Source of the DNA: Octopus sinensis
Lineage: Eukaryota
Direction of reading: 5' to 3'
DNA length: 64,000 nucleotides
Assembly (NCBI RefSeq): GCF_006345805.1
Contig: NC_042999.1
Span: 93,248,001-93,312,000 of the forward strand
Positions 40,801 to 53,449 of the stretch are shown in pieces (position 1 is the stretch's first letter; the number at the start of each line of letters is the position of its first letter). A program made the translations under genes and the position numbers. Below the pieces are notes generated by a model. It saw only the letters and a list, made by a program, of their open reading frames with translations. It did not search any database and had not been told where the DNA came from.

Positions 40801-41299
40801 ATGAACAATGCCTGGTCGTTGTACACACCGAAACAATTTCTCAAGGCTAGAATGTTGTGGTTTCTTTCTGTGGTTTGTTTCTTTGAGACTGAACTGTGTT
40901 TCATCAGTCGTTCGGTTGATTTCTTTAACTTTAATGTTGGGGTTGTTTTTCTTAGAAGCGTTCCTTTTCTTTCTTTTTACGAATTCATTATCTCTGAATT
41001 TGAATATCCTCGTTCAACAGTTCACTTGAGGAATCACCATTTTTAAAAAAGGGTATCCAGGTTGTCTAAGTGGGGTCTGATGAGTGAATATATGAGCGGA
41101 TAAAACTTTCTCCCGCTCTATTTGCTCCACGTTTCTGTTAAATTCGTTGCTTTTGAAGAGCAAGTTGTTCAGTGAATCAATTTCGGCTATAGTCGAAATT
41201 CTGAGGGATAGATCTAACTGGTGGTTTTCCAGTTTCTTGACAACTTCGCTATGCTAATTACCTCCATCTTTCTGGCGTGTAGTCATGTGAGTGATCTTT

Positions 41300-41700
41300 T
41301 TTTGTTCATGGAGGGAGAGGGGGAGAAATAGAGGGAGGGAGAGTGAGAAAGAGAGGGGATAGGGAAAACGAGATAGAAGGAGCGAAGTAAATATGGGGAT
41401 GTTAGATGAGGGAGAGGAGAACAAGCAGAGGGTAAAAGGAAAGAGCAAGCGGAATGTGGGAGAGGAGAACAAGTGGAGAGGGAGAGAAGGCTAAGAGGAA
41501 AGAGCGGATAGATGAGAGATAGAGGAGAGCAACTGCAGGAGGAGGGAGGAGGGATAAATGGGGGTAGTGGAGTTTTAGGGTGAATATATGAGGATGTACA
41601 GTTGTGAGGAGACTAGGAGTAGAGTACGTGAAGGGAGATGGTGGGTAGGGTGAAAGAGAAGAAAGTGAAGGAGAGGTGAAGAGATACGGGAAGTACAATG
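41300..41700. repeat. Polypurine (GA-rich) low-complexity tract; a similar tract lies at 19450-19640
   Basis: Strong G/A strand bias visible directly. Confidence 0.85.
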
Positions 41701-41775
41701 CGTAAGGCCATATACATTTACACACGCACAAATATATGGAAACAGGGTAAGCGAAGGTATACATATGAAGTATGC

Positions 41776-41829
<54 letters not shown>

Positions 41830-44800
41830 GTATGTATTTTATAATATTATGTATTTCATAAAAGAATATAACCAGGTACACATAGTAACTATCAATTTGA
41901 AAGAAAATTCTAAAACGGAAGTAATATGGATTTTTCTGAACGCTATCTTTTTGTATAAAATTGAAATACGTTTATCAAACCATAACGTAAGATTTCTGTA
42001 ACTTACCTGATAAATACCGGCGCAGATTTGGAAACTAACCTTCAAACCGCTTATCATTCGACTGTTGGTGAAATCTAGTTTATGTCAGTTATTATTTATC
42101 AAATTCCACAAAACATCGCTGTCCTTTAAGCATTGCAGTATATAATTGAAAAGTTGTTCTGTTCTTAAAGATATTAAGTTACTGCCAGACTATATCTTTC
42201 AATTCATGCTTTGACTAATTACTTTCCTAGTGAACCGGCCCAAAGTAGTGTACATTTAATTAGCTTGTTTTTAATAGTTGCATCTAATTCATCAAATGAT
42301 AGCGAAGTGCTGCAGCAGTCTCAGATAAGAGACACATTTAATGAAATCCCTGGAGGAATTCTTTTACCTTATTCATTACATAAAATGGCTAGAATTTGGA
42401 GCTATGGTTATTTCCAGGGGACAATCTCTCAAGAATCGAAAAGTAATCAATTTGATTCAATAAAATCTCTGCTTAAGACTGATCATGATGATAAAGTAAC
42501 TTTCGATCTTGTTTAAATCTATCCGCTAATTTCTCCACTGCCTTGTCACTGCACCCGTTTCACTCTTACTATTTTAACTTATTCTATTGAAATAAATCAT
42601 TCAAGATGTCTGTGTTTAGTTACAGCCATCTAAAATAATTAGATTTGTAAGAAACAAAAGAGAAGTATTGAAAAGAATAGCGGAGTGTTTGACATTCTAA
42701 TTGTAGCAGGTTATTTTCTCCATGATACAGAATAACCTGACTTTATATATGATACACTAAACAATATCTAACACAGCAGGTCATGCACACTTAAATACAT
42801 ACTCATTATACGCATACATGCATATGACCACACACTCAACATGCACATAAGTACGTACACACACATGCAACACGCACACAGACGCACATAGATGCACACA
42901 TACACACGCGTAAGCACACACACATTCTCAAAACCAACGAAATCGACTAAAGAAAATCATGGCTGCAAGAGTTCACTAGAAACTCTCCAAGTAGAATTCA
43001 AAGTTTATCATAACCCTATTTTCAAGGACCCACTTCTTTATAAATAAGAGATCATATTCATTGTTAAATTTTACAATAACTAGGCAAATGCGTCTGGAGA
43101 AAGAAATGTATTGGATTAGAGTAACCTATAATACTCACCCAGCTAGTATGAATGATTATGTTTTAGGTTTTAGAAACATATCGTTTGAAAAACGTGTAGG
43201 CGAGGTGCATTTTCCTCACTCAATATCATGAACACGGTACAGCAAGTCATGAAGAATTAATAGAAATACTGACTTTGATAGAGATGTATTAATGACTGGG
43301 CAAACTTGTTTCATTAAAATCTTATTCCCTTCCCTTACTTAAAAAGTATTGGATAGACACTATAGAGATTTAACAAATTTAAGTTTTTAACTGATAATTT
43401 TTAGCAATCGATTATTTAAAGTGGTCATGAAAAGGAAAAATAAAGTCAAGGCGGAATAGTAAATCTATTGATATTCACTTAAACACAACAATAAACAGCA
43501 CAAAACACGCATGCTCTTTTGCCAGTCAATGTGAAGTATATTAATATACGCATTAGCTATAAACTAGGTCGTAATGTTAATGACAGATTGCGTAACCATT
43601 ACAAGTTTGTGTGGAAAAGTAATCTGGAAGATTTCAGGAGGCTTTGCCTAAGTATTTGCGATTGCGATAAATCCGAATTCTGCTAGCATCGATTGAGGTA
43701 TATATACAGGGGATATAAATCTGATAATGAGTGAGGATTTGTGAAGGTTATTGAGGGAATGATACCGAATACAGCAATCGGTAGGATTAGTTGGTATAAT
43801 TTAGAAGGTTAACTTAAAATGGATTAACGTCTTTATAGTTAGGCCAAGTCTTAAATACAAAGTTAAAGAGGAGGAATTTGAAAACTGGAGAACAGTAAAA
43901 GGCTTATTACTGGAACCTATTAGAATAATGAATAACTTGATACGAAATGAACAAGTAATTAAAAAGTAGAAATTTAAGGAATGTATTAATACATTGCAAG
44001 ATAAATACATTAGAAATTCATTACCGATGGATAATTCTGCGAAACTTTTGTCACAATTTATAATATGTATTCTTAAATGGTATTAGATTACAAGTTAGGA
44101 TTAGGAAGTAACATTAATTTTAAGGATAATAGTACCTATAAAATATCATCTGATATTACTAATGAAGTAGTAGGGAAATTAATGCATTTGATGGCAAAGT
44201 TGAGTGATTCCAGTGTATATGGTAGAGACAAATTTATATAAACTTGCTTACAAGAGTAATTGTTTTCCGTGTAACAATAAACAGCTGTTATCTTCGCTTA
44301 ATTATGCGCAAAATATTGATAGATTATCCTTTATAAGGTACTGTGAAGGAATTTTTGCAATTTAAGAATTAGCTTATGTTGGAGTCCAAGGTTTGGTAAC
44401 AACTTTTAAAAAATTGCTAAAAACAAATTAATTCGTATCAAGTAGGTATATGATTTCTGAATACCATATTCTAATTTTGATCAAGGAAGGACAGAAAAAG
44501 TTAAATTTCAAGTTATTCATATACAGTTATTAATAAAGATTTTAAATATATATCCCTTAAAAAGTATCAAGACTTTTATTAAGTGATGACAAGTTGAAAA
44601 TGGTAAGTTTATACTTAATAGCGCATATGTTCCAATGGCGGGGATGATTTTTAAATATAGAAGCCTTGTATAAGCTGTTATAGAAGCCTTGTATAAGCTG
44701 TTATAGCTTGGCAACATAATCATGGCTTTTGTTGGTCTCAGAACATAAATGACAGAAACGGATATAGCATCGTATTATCACCGTCTTCCATACAATTCCG

Positions 44801-46686
44801 TCTAACCAACATTCCAGACTGATAAACATTTCTTTTTTATTGATCTCAAGAAGGACCTCAGCAGGTTTAAATCTAAGAGCTGAGAAAGTTAGAGCAAATT
44901 CCGCAAAGCATTCTATCCGATATGGAAACAATCTTGCTGCTTGTCTTCCTCAAACAAGATTGTGGTGTTCTCTTAACAAACATGACACTTCGGATACTGT
45001 AGAAATAAATCACTCTAAAGACAATCAAATGTTAATATACTGATGTCGATAGAAAATTGGACTAAATGTCTTCCCTATTTTATTATTTTGACATTATTCC
45101 CTTTTCTAGCCATCGGAACATTTCTACAACAAAATATTTTCTTTTCATTGAACTATTTTCACTGAACTTGAAAAGTCCGATTATAAATGACATGTTACGA
45201 AATTTAAATTAACACTAAGATACAATCATTATTCTGGTAGAATTCGAACATAGACTTAATCGGAATGGAACTATAATTGTTGCATGGTAATAACTTTAAA
45301 AATTTTCCTAAACCAATTATCAAATGAAATATATGAGAAATATCCAGATATCTAGATAACCGATTTATCTGTACATTTTTATGTGTGCGTGTGCGTGTGT
45401 GTATGTGAGCGTGTGTGTGTGTACGTGCGTGTGTGCGTGTGTGCGTGTGTGCGTGTAATTAAGCATAATTCATATAGCATTATTAACTTACATCTATCTG
45501 TTCGTACAAATTAATAAAATGCATAGAGAAGTTTCCAAAATATTAATTTTGCTACACCTACGCACAAATTCGATCACTTCAAATAGTATGTCATCCCGTA
45601 ACTAAAAGAAATGACCAAATCATGCTTCAGTTGCATATATAGAATTATGGAAATATTCTACGGCATGCAGTTATAATAGCTTTGCTAGAAAGTGAAGTGA
45701 TTAATTTCCTTTCTGCAGGAACAGTCTCTAAGAACCAATTACCATTTAGCCGTAAATAACTCTGCTTATCGATTTTAATTTTACACAACAAATCATGTTT
45801 CTGTATTTTGTCTATGAACAGAGTGAAATTAGCACGAAAATTTTATGCATTTCGTAAAATATTGCAGATCGAAATCGAAGAATATGGGTCACAATTAAAG
45901 TCATAGTTTAGCAATAAAACGTCTTTCATGTAATTCAAGTACATATAAATGCAGCGTTTTCCTAAATGATTTTGAAGAAACTACAGAGGTATTATTTAAT
46001 ATCTCTGTAATAACTATAGATTTATGAAGAAATTAACCCTGTTATTCAACTGATGAAAATACATAATATATGCTACAATTTTAAAGAATTTACCATAACT
46101 GTTTCTTCCATTACTCGATCAAGTTTTAAAATCAAATTAATTTCTATGCAATAACAATCTCCAGGTTGTATTAAGTGCCAAGACAAATCACAATATTGCA
46201 AGCAATTAATCAATGAGCGTTAGCTTTTTATGCTATAAATATTATTTTGAAATGTTGGCCAATTCCACGTTTATTGCTTTCTGCAGAGCGTTACCATACG
46301 GAACAATTAAGGTTAGAAATAAATAAAGATAAAAGCAAAACAACAAATTTAATAGCCGAATATGCATTGGGATTAAATTCTGTATATTATTCGGTTGTTA
46401 TTATTTCTAATATTAACAACAATGGGTTAGATATTAATAAAATATAGAAAAAATGGGATAGAAAATCAGTAATGAAATAAAGTAACTAATTACAAAAATA
46501 AATTATTATATGCATAACACTTATTCAAATTAGGCTTTTAATAAATCGTACCTTGCTTACCATTCGACTGCATCTGTTCATCTGAAAAAAAGTATGAGTT
46601 TAAATGTAATAGTCCTAAAAAAATCATGCACACTTGAACTGAGGTTTCTGAACGCACGTATGTATGTATGTATGTATGTATGTATG

Positions 46687-46768
<82 letters not shown>

Positions 46769-46782
46769 AATGGATATAAACA

Positions 46783-47665
46783 TACGAAGTGATATTATGA
46801 ATTTCCGGGAATAGTTATGTTTAATAAAAAATAACTTATTTACCTCAGTTTTAACATGATCACCTTCGAAATAGTCAGCGTGTGCAGATATTACGCCGGT
46901 CCCAGCGTTCCTGCCCTTTTGGAATTCGGCCTGGAAGACGTTTTCCGTAAACGCGTCGAGGATCTTTTGCGAGTCTCTCTGAGTCTCTACGACGGTGTTA
47001 AAACGGCGGCCTTTGAGCAGTATCTTAATCTTTCAGGAAGAGATGGAAGTTTGCAGGTGGTAAATCTGGCTAATAGAGTCGCTGCGGAAGTGGTGCTGTG
47101 TGTTTTTCATGAGAAACACACGATTGGAGAGAGCTCGGTGACGGGATGCATTGTCGTCTTGAAGAATCTATTTCTTCGCGTTCCACATCTCCGGTCGCTT
47201 TCGTCCAATGTCCTGCCACAAACACTTCAAAACGTCGTTGATTGTCTTCCGACGATCCTCATGTAGGAGCTTTATCTACATTTCCGGGGGTCACGCTCGC
47301 GGCAAGTCTTTCACATTGCTCATTCTCTTCTAGGGAACATCTTCCACTTTTAAACCACGTGTGACACTCAAAACATTGCGTACGGCGCATTGCCTCGTCG
47401 CTGTTAGCTTTTCGAAGCATCCTCAGTGACTCTGTAGCAGACTGTCCAAATTTAACGCAAAATTTCACATTGGATCTTTGTTCCTGTCTATGACAAAATT
47501 ACAGACTACTGCTTACACGTGATCACAGAAACACAAGTTTCACAACTTACGAAGTAAACACAGCGATGTCACTCGGCAGACGACCTCACGAAGCTCACTG
47601 TTAGCACTCACTGCGCACGCAACCATGTGCTAACATCTGTTGGAACCATTTGATACCACCTCATA
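46783..47665 (-). mobile_element. Internally deleted mariner element
   Basis: N-terminus KFCVKFGQSATESLRML...WFKSGRCSLEENE; C-terminus PDLPPANFHLF...DYFEGD. Degenerate TIRs tacgaagtgatatta and (reverse complement) tatgaggtggtatca. Confidence 0.85.
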
Positions 47666-47699
47666 TATTCATTCACATATGTATATATATATATATCCC

Positions 47700-48003
47700 G
47701 TGATAACACGTGACCGACCAGATCATCAGATGTTGCTACACATCGCTGGTCACAATGCGTTCGCATTGCTTTAGCCTTCGAATGAAGCCACCCCGCTGGC
47801 TAAGCGAGCAGGCCAACAGACGAAAGAGTGAGAGAAAGAGTGGTGAAAGAGTACAGCAGGGATCACCACCCCCTGCCGGAGCCTCGTGGAGAGTTTAGGT
47901 GTTTTCGCTCAATAAACACTCACAACGCCCGGTCTGGGAATCGAAACCGCGATCCTACGACCGCGAGTCCGTTGCCCTAACCACTGGACTATTGCGCCTC
48001 CAC
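47700..48003 (-). mobile_element. GC-rich tRNA-derived SINE (fourth family)
   Basis: Head ggaggcgcaatagtccagtggttagggcaacggactcgcggtcgtaggatcgcggtttcgattccc with A- and B-box-like motifs, followed by a non-tRNA body. Confidence 0.85.
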
Positions 48004-48023
48004 ACACACACACACACACACAC

Positions 48024-48096
<73 letters not shown>

Positions 48097-48335
48097 CAAG
48101 ATAAGAAATGGAGAAATACATCTAAATCAAATATCAATTACCAGATAATACTCAATCACATACTTTATTAAACCACCACATAAGAGACTGTAGGGTTAAA
48201 TATAAAAAGCAGAACAAATCAGTGTACATAAAGGAAAGTACATAAAAAAGTGTACATAAAAGAGTAATGTTGTATAATAAGTAGAATATATATAAAAGAG
48301 AATATAAATATAAGTAAATATAAATATAAGTATAG

Positions 48336-48475
48336 ATTACATCTTACAGCTGTTTCGGCCATGTAGATAAGTATGTCCCATTTTACCAATATTAGTCCTT
48401 TATGGTTGGTCAATATATAGATATAAATGAGACATTTACAAAAATATCATAAGGCCTCTTCGGAGATTATGTAAT
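48336..48475 (-). ncRNA. Type I hammerhead-like motif with about 90-nt stem II insert (left copy)
   Basis: AUUACAU-aau-CU CCGAAGA GGCC...GGCC GAA ACAGCUGU A AG-AUGUAAU. Confidence 0.7.
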
Positions 48476-49493
48476 ATAACTCAGTATACATATATACGTA
48501 CATGGGTGTGGGTGTATACCCACAATACAACATATACATATACATATGAGTGCATATAATCACACTCCTATACATATAAAAATATACATTTACGTAATGA
48601 TATACATAAATAATATAAATTAGTAAACATATATATGTGTTCCACATTCAATGTCTCAGTTTTTCGACTTAATATTGTGATAATAGACATACACAAATTA
48701 GTACATTTGTGTATTAGTACATGAGAGTGTATATGTATATGTATATGTGCGGATGTGCGCGTGTATGTGTGTGTGTGTACAAATGTTGGTATAGTTTTTC
48801 CCATGCCTACACTGGTGTAATAGAAATCTAACGCTCTCAACAAACTAACCATAAGGAAGACAATGGTAATTTAAATTCAAATGCATTGGCCAATCATATT
48901 TTAGCGCTAGATCCGCAACTAATTCTGAAAGTAATAGTGTATTTATGTCACAATGAAAATTATAAACTTGAACTCGGACGTAAATATGTGCACCTGTGGA
49001 TCTTAATGTAGTGTATACAGAATGCTTGTAATTCATATTGCGTATGTATATGCGGATATTTAACACTTAGCATGGTATTGTAGTACTATTGTGACTATAT
49101 TGATAATAATGGAATCTATGTATTGTTTTTCTAGTATTAGCGTTATTAATAATAATATGAAGGATGATATTGATAGCATTAGTGGTAATGACAAAGATAA
49201 TGATGCTAACATTAATGACATTTTGGAAATTAGTAAGAATTAATATAATGTACTCTTGACTCTGTATATCTGCATTTAGGTATTACTATGTGTATGTTTT
49301 TCTACATTGTAATTATCACAATATTAAGTTGAAAAACTGTAACATTGAATGTGGAACATATGTATGTTTATTAATTTATATTATTTATATCATTATGTAT
49401 ATGTATATTTATATGTATAAGAGTATGAGTATGTGCACTCATATGTATATGTATATGTTTTACTATGGGTATGTACCCACACCTGTATAAGTA

Positions 49494-49619
49494 ATCTCCG
49501 AAGAGGCCTTAGGATATTTTTTTAATGTCTCATTTATAACTACATATTGACCTACCATAAATGGCTAATATAAGTAAAATGAGACATACTTATCTGAATG
49601 GCCGAAACAGCTGTAAGAT
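49494..49619 (+). ncRNA. Type I hammerhead-like motif with 91-nt stem II insert (right copy)
   Basis: AUCU (49494-97), CCGAAGA (49498-504), GGCC...GGCC (49600-03), GAA, ACAGCUGU (49607-14), A (49615), AGAU. Internal 11-bp helix 49525-35/49577-87. Confidence 0.72.
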
Positions 49620-49844
49620 GTAGTCTATATTTATATTTATATGTACTTATATTTACATTCTCTTATACATATTCTACTTATTGTATAACATTACTCTTTT
49701 ATGTACAATCCTTTATGTACACTGTTTTGTTCTACATCATTATGTTTAACCTTATAGTTTCTTATGTGGTGGTTTAATAAAGTATGTTGATTGAGTATTA
49801 TCTGGTAATTGATATTTGATTTCGATGTATTTCTCCATTTTCTT

Positions 49845-49892
<48 letters not shown>

Positions 49893-50026
49893 TCAATAAA
49901 TGGTGGGGTTGTATATATATACATATATATATGCATATATACATACGTATATGTACGTACTTACATATATAATTATATATATATATATATTATATATATA
50001 TATATATATGCATATATGCATATGTG

Positions 50027-50323
50027 GGTACAGGACGTCATGAAACGTGTACAACAAAGAAGTACGAAGCACGAGTACATGGAACATGAATTATTCTATC
50101 GAACAGTGAAAAACACAAATGGAAGCCAAAAGAAGCAATATAAAGAACGACCATTCGCAAAATTAGAAAAACAGCAAACATATGAAGGGTCGTTTTTTAT
50201 TGTTTGTTTTGTTTTCCATTTGTGTGTTTCGTTGTTCGAAAGAATAGTTCAGGTTCCATGTACTCGTGCTTTGTACATCTTTGTTGTATATGTTTCACGG
50301 CGTCCTGTGCCACATGGCGTCCT
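50027..50323. repeat. Imperfect fold-back element (about 125-bp arms, about 35-nt spacer)
   Basis: caggacgtcatgaaacgtgtacaacaaag...aacgacc aligns with the reverse complement of ggtcgtt...ttcacggcgtcctg. Confidence 0.85.
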
Positions 50324-50438
50324 GTCACACATATGCATACATATTCATACGTATAGATGTAAGTATGTACATATACGTATGTATATATACATATCTATCT
50401 ATCTATATATTTTATATTTATATTACACACACACACAG

Positions 50439-50500
<62 letters not shown>

Positions 50501-50924
50501 TTTCTTAATTAACAAGGCAAGTAATGGTTTCATGTGGAAAATATCTTCACAATAATTAAAGCGATTACTTGGTTATGCTGGTACTCTCCTTCTTTTGGGA
50601 TTAGAATACATGAGGTTATGGCAGTCTATTCAGAATTTGAAAATAAATTCACAGATCTGGGAAAGTATCTTATAAGAAAATTTCAATTGTTATCCACCTC
50701 GCATTGGCCTTGGAATTTTGGAAGGATGTGTGTTAACCATAGATTAATTAATGACTTAATTATTTTATGCGAGAACTCCAATACACACCCATATTTACAA
50801 GCAAGTATATCCGCCTCTTGCGTTTCATTGATGTTTGAGCATGTGCATCTTAACGTTTATTGGATTTCATAGGATTAGGATGCCGTACTTATTTCATGAA
50901 CTTCTAAGTTCATTAACTTATCTA

Positions 50925-51325
50925 TAAGTGGCAGTATCACCCGGCGTTGCTTGGGTTTGTTTCGACACTTCAGAATTGGAATTTTTGAAAAGTAAAAATG
51001 TTGCATTATGTAGCTTGTTATTCTCTTTAAGTGAACATTTTTCTATTTGAAATACACCGAAAAATGGCGACACAGCAGTCAAAAAATTGTAGAAAATAGT
51101 GATTTTTCAAAGAGAAAAAGCACCTTTTTCATGTAAATAAATTTTGGTGTTAACATGGTCCGATTAGAATTATTTCTTCTACAGAAGGAAGAGCAAGCCG
51201 TTTTCTGTCATGCTCTCAATTCTGGTGAACTTGCGCCGCAGGCTCTCGGAGAAGATAGTGTTAGTTACAGGCTACCAAACCTGCCATACACAGACAACTT
51301 CAGCTTTATGTATAGAGAGATTTCC
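50925..51325 (+). mobile_element. Helentron/HINE-like non-autonomous rolling-circle element
   Basis: Starts with gcagtatcacccggcgttgcttgggtttg (short subterminal inverted repeat) and ends acagacaacttcagctttatgtatagagagat before a (TCTA)n tract. This is the usual DINE-1/HINE layout; family by recall. Confidence 0.5.
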
Positions 51326-51387
51326 TATATATTTTAGCGAATCGTGTCATGTTTGGAACATGTGTTATCAATCTATCTATCTATCTC

Positions 51388-51449
<62 letters not shown>

Positions 51450-51489
51450 ATCTATCTATCTATATATATATATCTATATATCTATATCT

Positions 51490-51573
<84 letters not shown>

Positions 51574-52029
51574 TATTTAAAAACCCCATCATAGGTTTAT
51601 GGAGGAGTATGTCCATAATACACAATGCGAACACCGATATCTAAAAGTTTACCTAAACTTGATTGATAACAATTTGGGTGAGGGGCCACGCTGAAACGTT
51701 CGTATGGATTGTGGTTTGAGAATGCAAGGACAGAAAGTTTCTTGCCAAATATTCAAAACTCTCGCTGTTGACGATGTGATATTTAACTTTGCTGTGAGAC
51801 AGGAATGGCAAACGCTCTCTAGCCATTGAGGAAAAACAACAGACAAAATGCGAAAGGGCACATGAAAGGATATCACATCTCCGTTTCCGTGCAGCTTCAC
51901 CTGCATCAGATGTCATCGCTGCTGCAGAACCAGAGAAGACATTGTAGCCCACATGCGGGCCTGAAAGAGATGACTAATAAACAAAAACAGTCAACATCGA
52001 TATATAACTGACTAATGAAGATGTACGTG

Positions 52030-52071
<42 letters not shown>

Positions 52072-52100
52072 CACGTACAGTATATATGCCCGTATATATA

Positions 52101-52361
52101 GATGATCATGTATGGAAAAATGGAGACTACCTAGCCCGGTGGGATGAAGTTAAAATAGTAGACATAGAAGACCACTGGAAAATACGTAAACTAAAACAAG
52201 CAGCCCTAAAAGGCCTAAGATTCACTCCATGATTGCCCACGGGCATATGGCATAGTGGTTAAGAGCTACTAACCTCAAGATTCCGAGTTTGATTCCAGGC
52301 AGTGACATGAATAATAATAACAACAACAACAATACTACTACTACTACTACTACTACTACTA

Positions 52362-52442
<81 letters not shown>

Positions 52443-52640
52443 TATTAATAATAATAATAATAATTATACCAACAACAACATCGAAAAGTACCTTAGGAAT
52501 GAGAACCCAGTTTTTAAATTTCCCCAAGACACCTGATGAAGGCTGGAAGGTATATCAGCCGAAATGTTGTGTTAACAACAAAGATGAAGACAAATATCCG
52601 TCGAATGTAAATAATGTAAATAATGAGTATAATAGTTTAT
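52101..52640 (+). mobile_element. Penelope-like element 3' fragment, then tRNA-like head, (AAT)n tract and HHR-bearing tail
   Basis: Frame from 52101 reads DDHVWKNGDYLARWDEVKIVDIEDHWKIRKLKQAA, like the C-terminus of PLE GIY-YIG endonucleases. A-box TGGCATAGTGG at 52248-58, B-box-like AGTTTGATTCC at 52286-96, HHR at 52529-72. Confidence 0.72.
52529..52572 (+). ncRNA. Minimal type I hammerhead ribozyme motif (canonical CUGAUGA core)
   Basis: ACAC CUGAUGA A GGCUG-gaagguauau-CAGCC GAA AUGU U GUGU. Stems I (4 bp) and II (5 bp) pair perfectly; stem III AUGU is one change from the palindrome ACGU. Confidence 0.8.
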
Positions 52641-52769
52641 GAGAAATATTAAATAGATATGTACATTCATATGTGTAAATCTGAATAGTATTTGTGGTAT
52701 TCACTCTCTGCATCTTATTGTATGACTATAAGCGATGCATAGTATGCCACGTCATTGACACTTGAAGAA

Positions 52770-52852
52770 CCTACACTAGGCAAGTAAAATGATAGAAGGT
52801 GAGCACTCTGCTGTCGTGTTTACCTTCGATCATTTTACTTGCCTAGTGTAGG
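52770..52852 (+). other. 83-nt hairpin with pre-miRNA-like geometry
   Basis: 31-bp arms with one mismatch (52770-800/52822-52) extended by 6 bp containing two G-U pairs; 9-nt loop. Confidence 0.55.
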
Positions 52853-53449
52853 CAAACTTTTTTAAAAAATTTACGGGAGTTAGGATTAAGGCGATTGCTA
52901 AGGCTAACCGAAAGACATGGAGTATATAACAAATTTGATAGCTATAACCACCTGCTATGGTTACTGTTTATACGCCTAGTGTGGTTTTACTGCATAGTCT
53001 TTCTGTGTCTCCAGTTTATCTACTTCGTTGTGCTCTCAAGGTAATCACAAACTTGATGCTGGGTACTTTTTCTTTTTATATGCAATGCTGATGCTTTGTT
53101 GCGAAGCTACATCGTGGATGTTGCAATTTGTTATAAAAATCCGGTCATATATAACGCCGTATAAGATAAAAAGGTTGACAAAATCACTGAGAACGAGGTG
53201 ATATGTGTGTCTATGTATGTCTGTGTAAGTGTGTTTGTTTCAGTAAGTATATATAAATGTGTGTGTGAGTAACCCTTGTCTCTTATTTTCTAAATTTGTA
53301 ATAGACATTTTAATTTCCTATCATGAGATTAATTTCCAACTTATTACTTATAAAAGAAGTCAACCAATACTACTTTTTGGTAGGCATACTATGCACCGTA
53401 GAAATCTTAGCTGAGCAGTGTTTTATTTCGTGCTTTATTTAATATCCAC

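Larger units (their letters stand above)
48100..49850. mobile_element. Large inverted pair of an HHR-bearing non-coding element (arms about 48100-48690 and 49290-49850), PLE-like
   Basis: The arms align as reverse complements with visible divergence. Both outer ends run into (TA)n, and each arm carries the same HHR fold. Confidence 0.8.

Noticed and set aside
41402-41881. 159-aa hydrophobic ORF
   Set aside because: It is made of a (TA)n tract plus the complement of a polypurine tract.
47935-48003. tRNA-like sequence (also at 11250 and 52240)
   Set aside because: A and B boxes are present, but there is no complete cloverleaf or acceptor stem and the sequence continues into SINE bodies.
50534-50872. 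112-aa plus-strand ORF
   Set aside because: No recognisable motif or splice context; this length can occur by chance in 64 kb.
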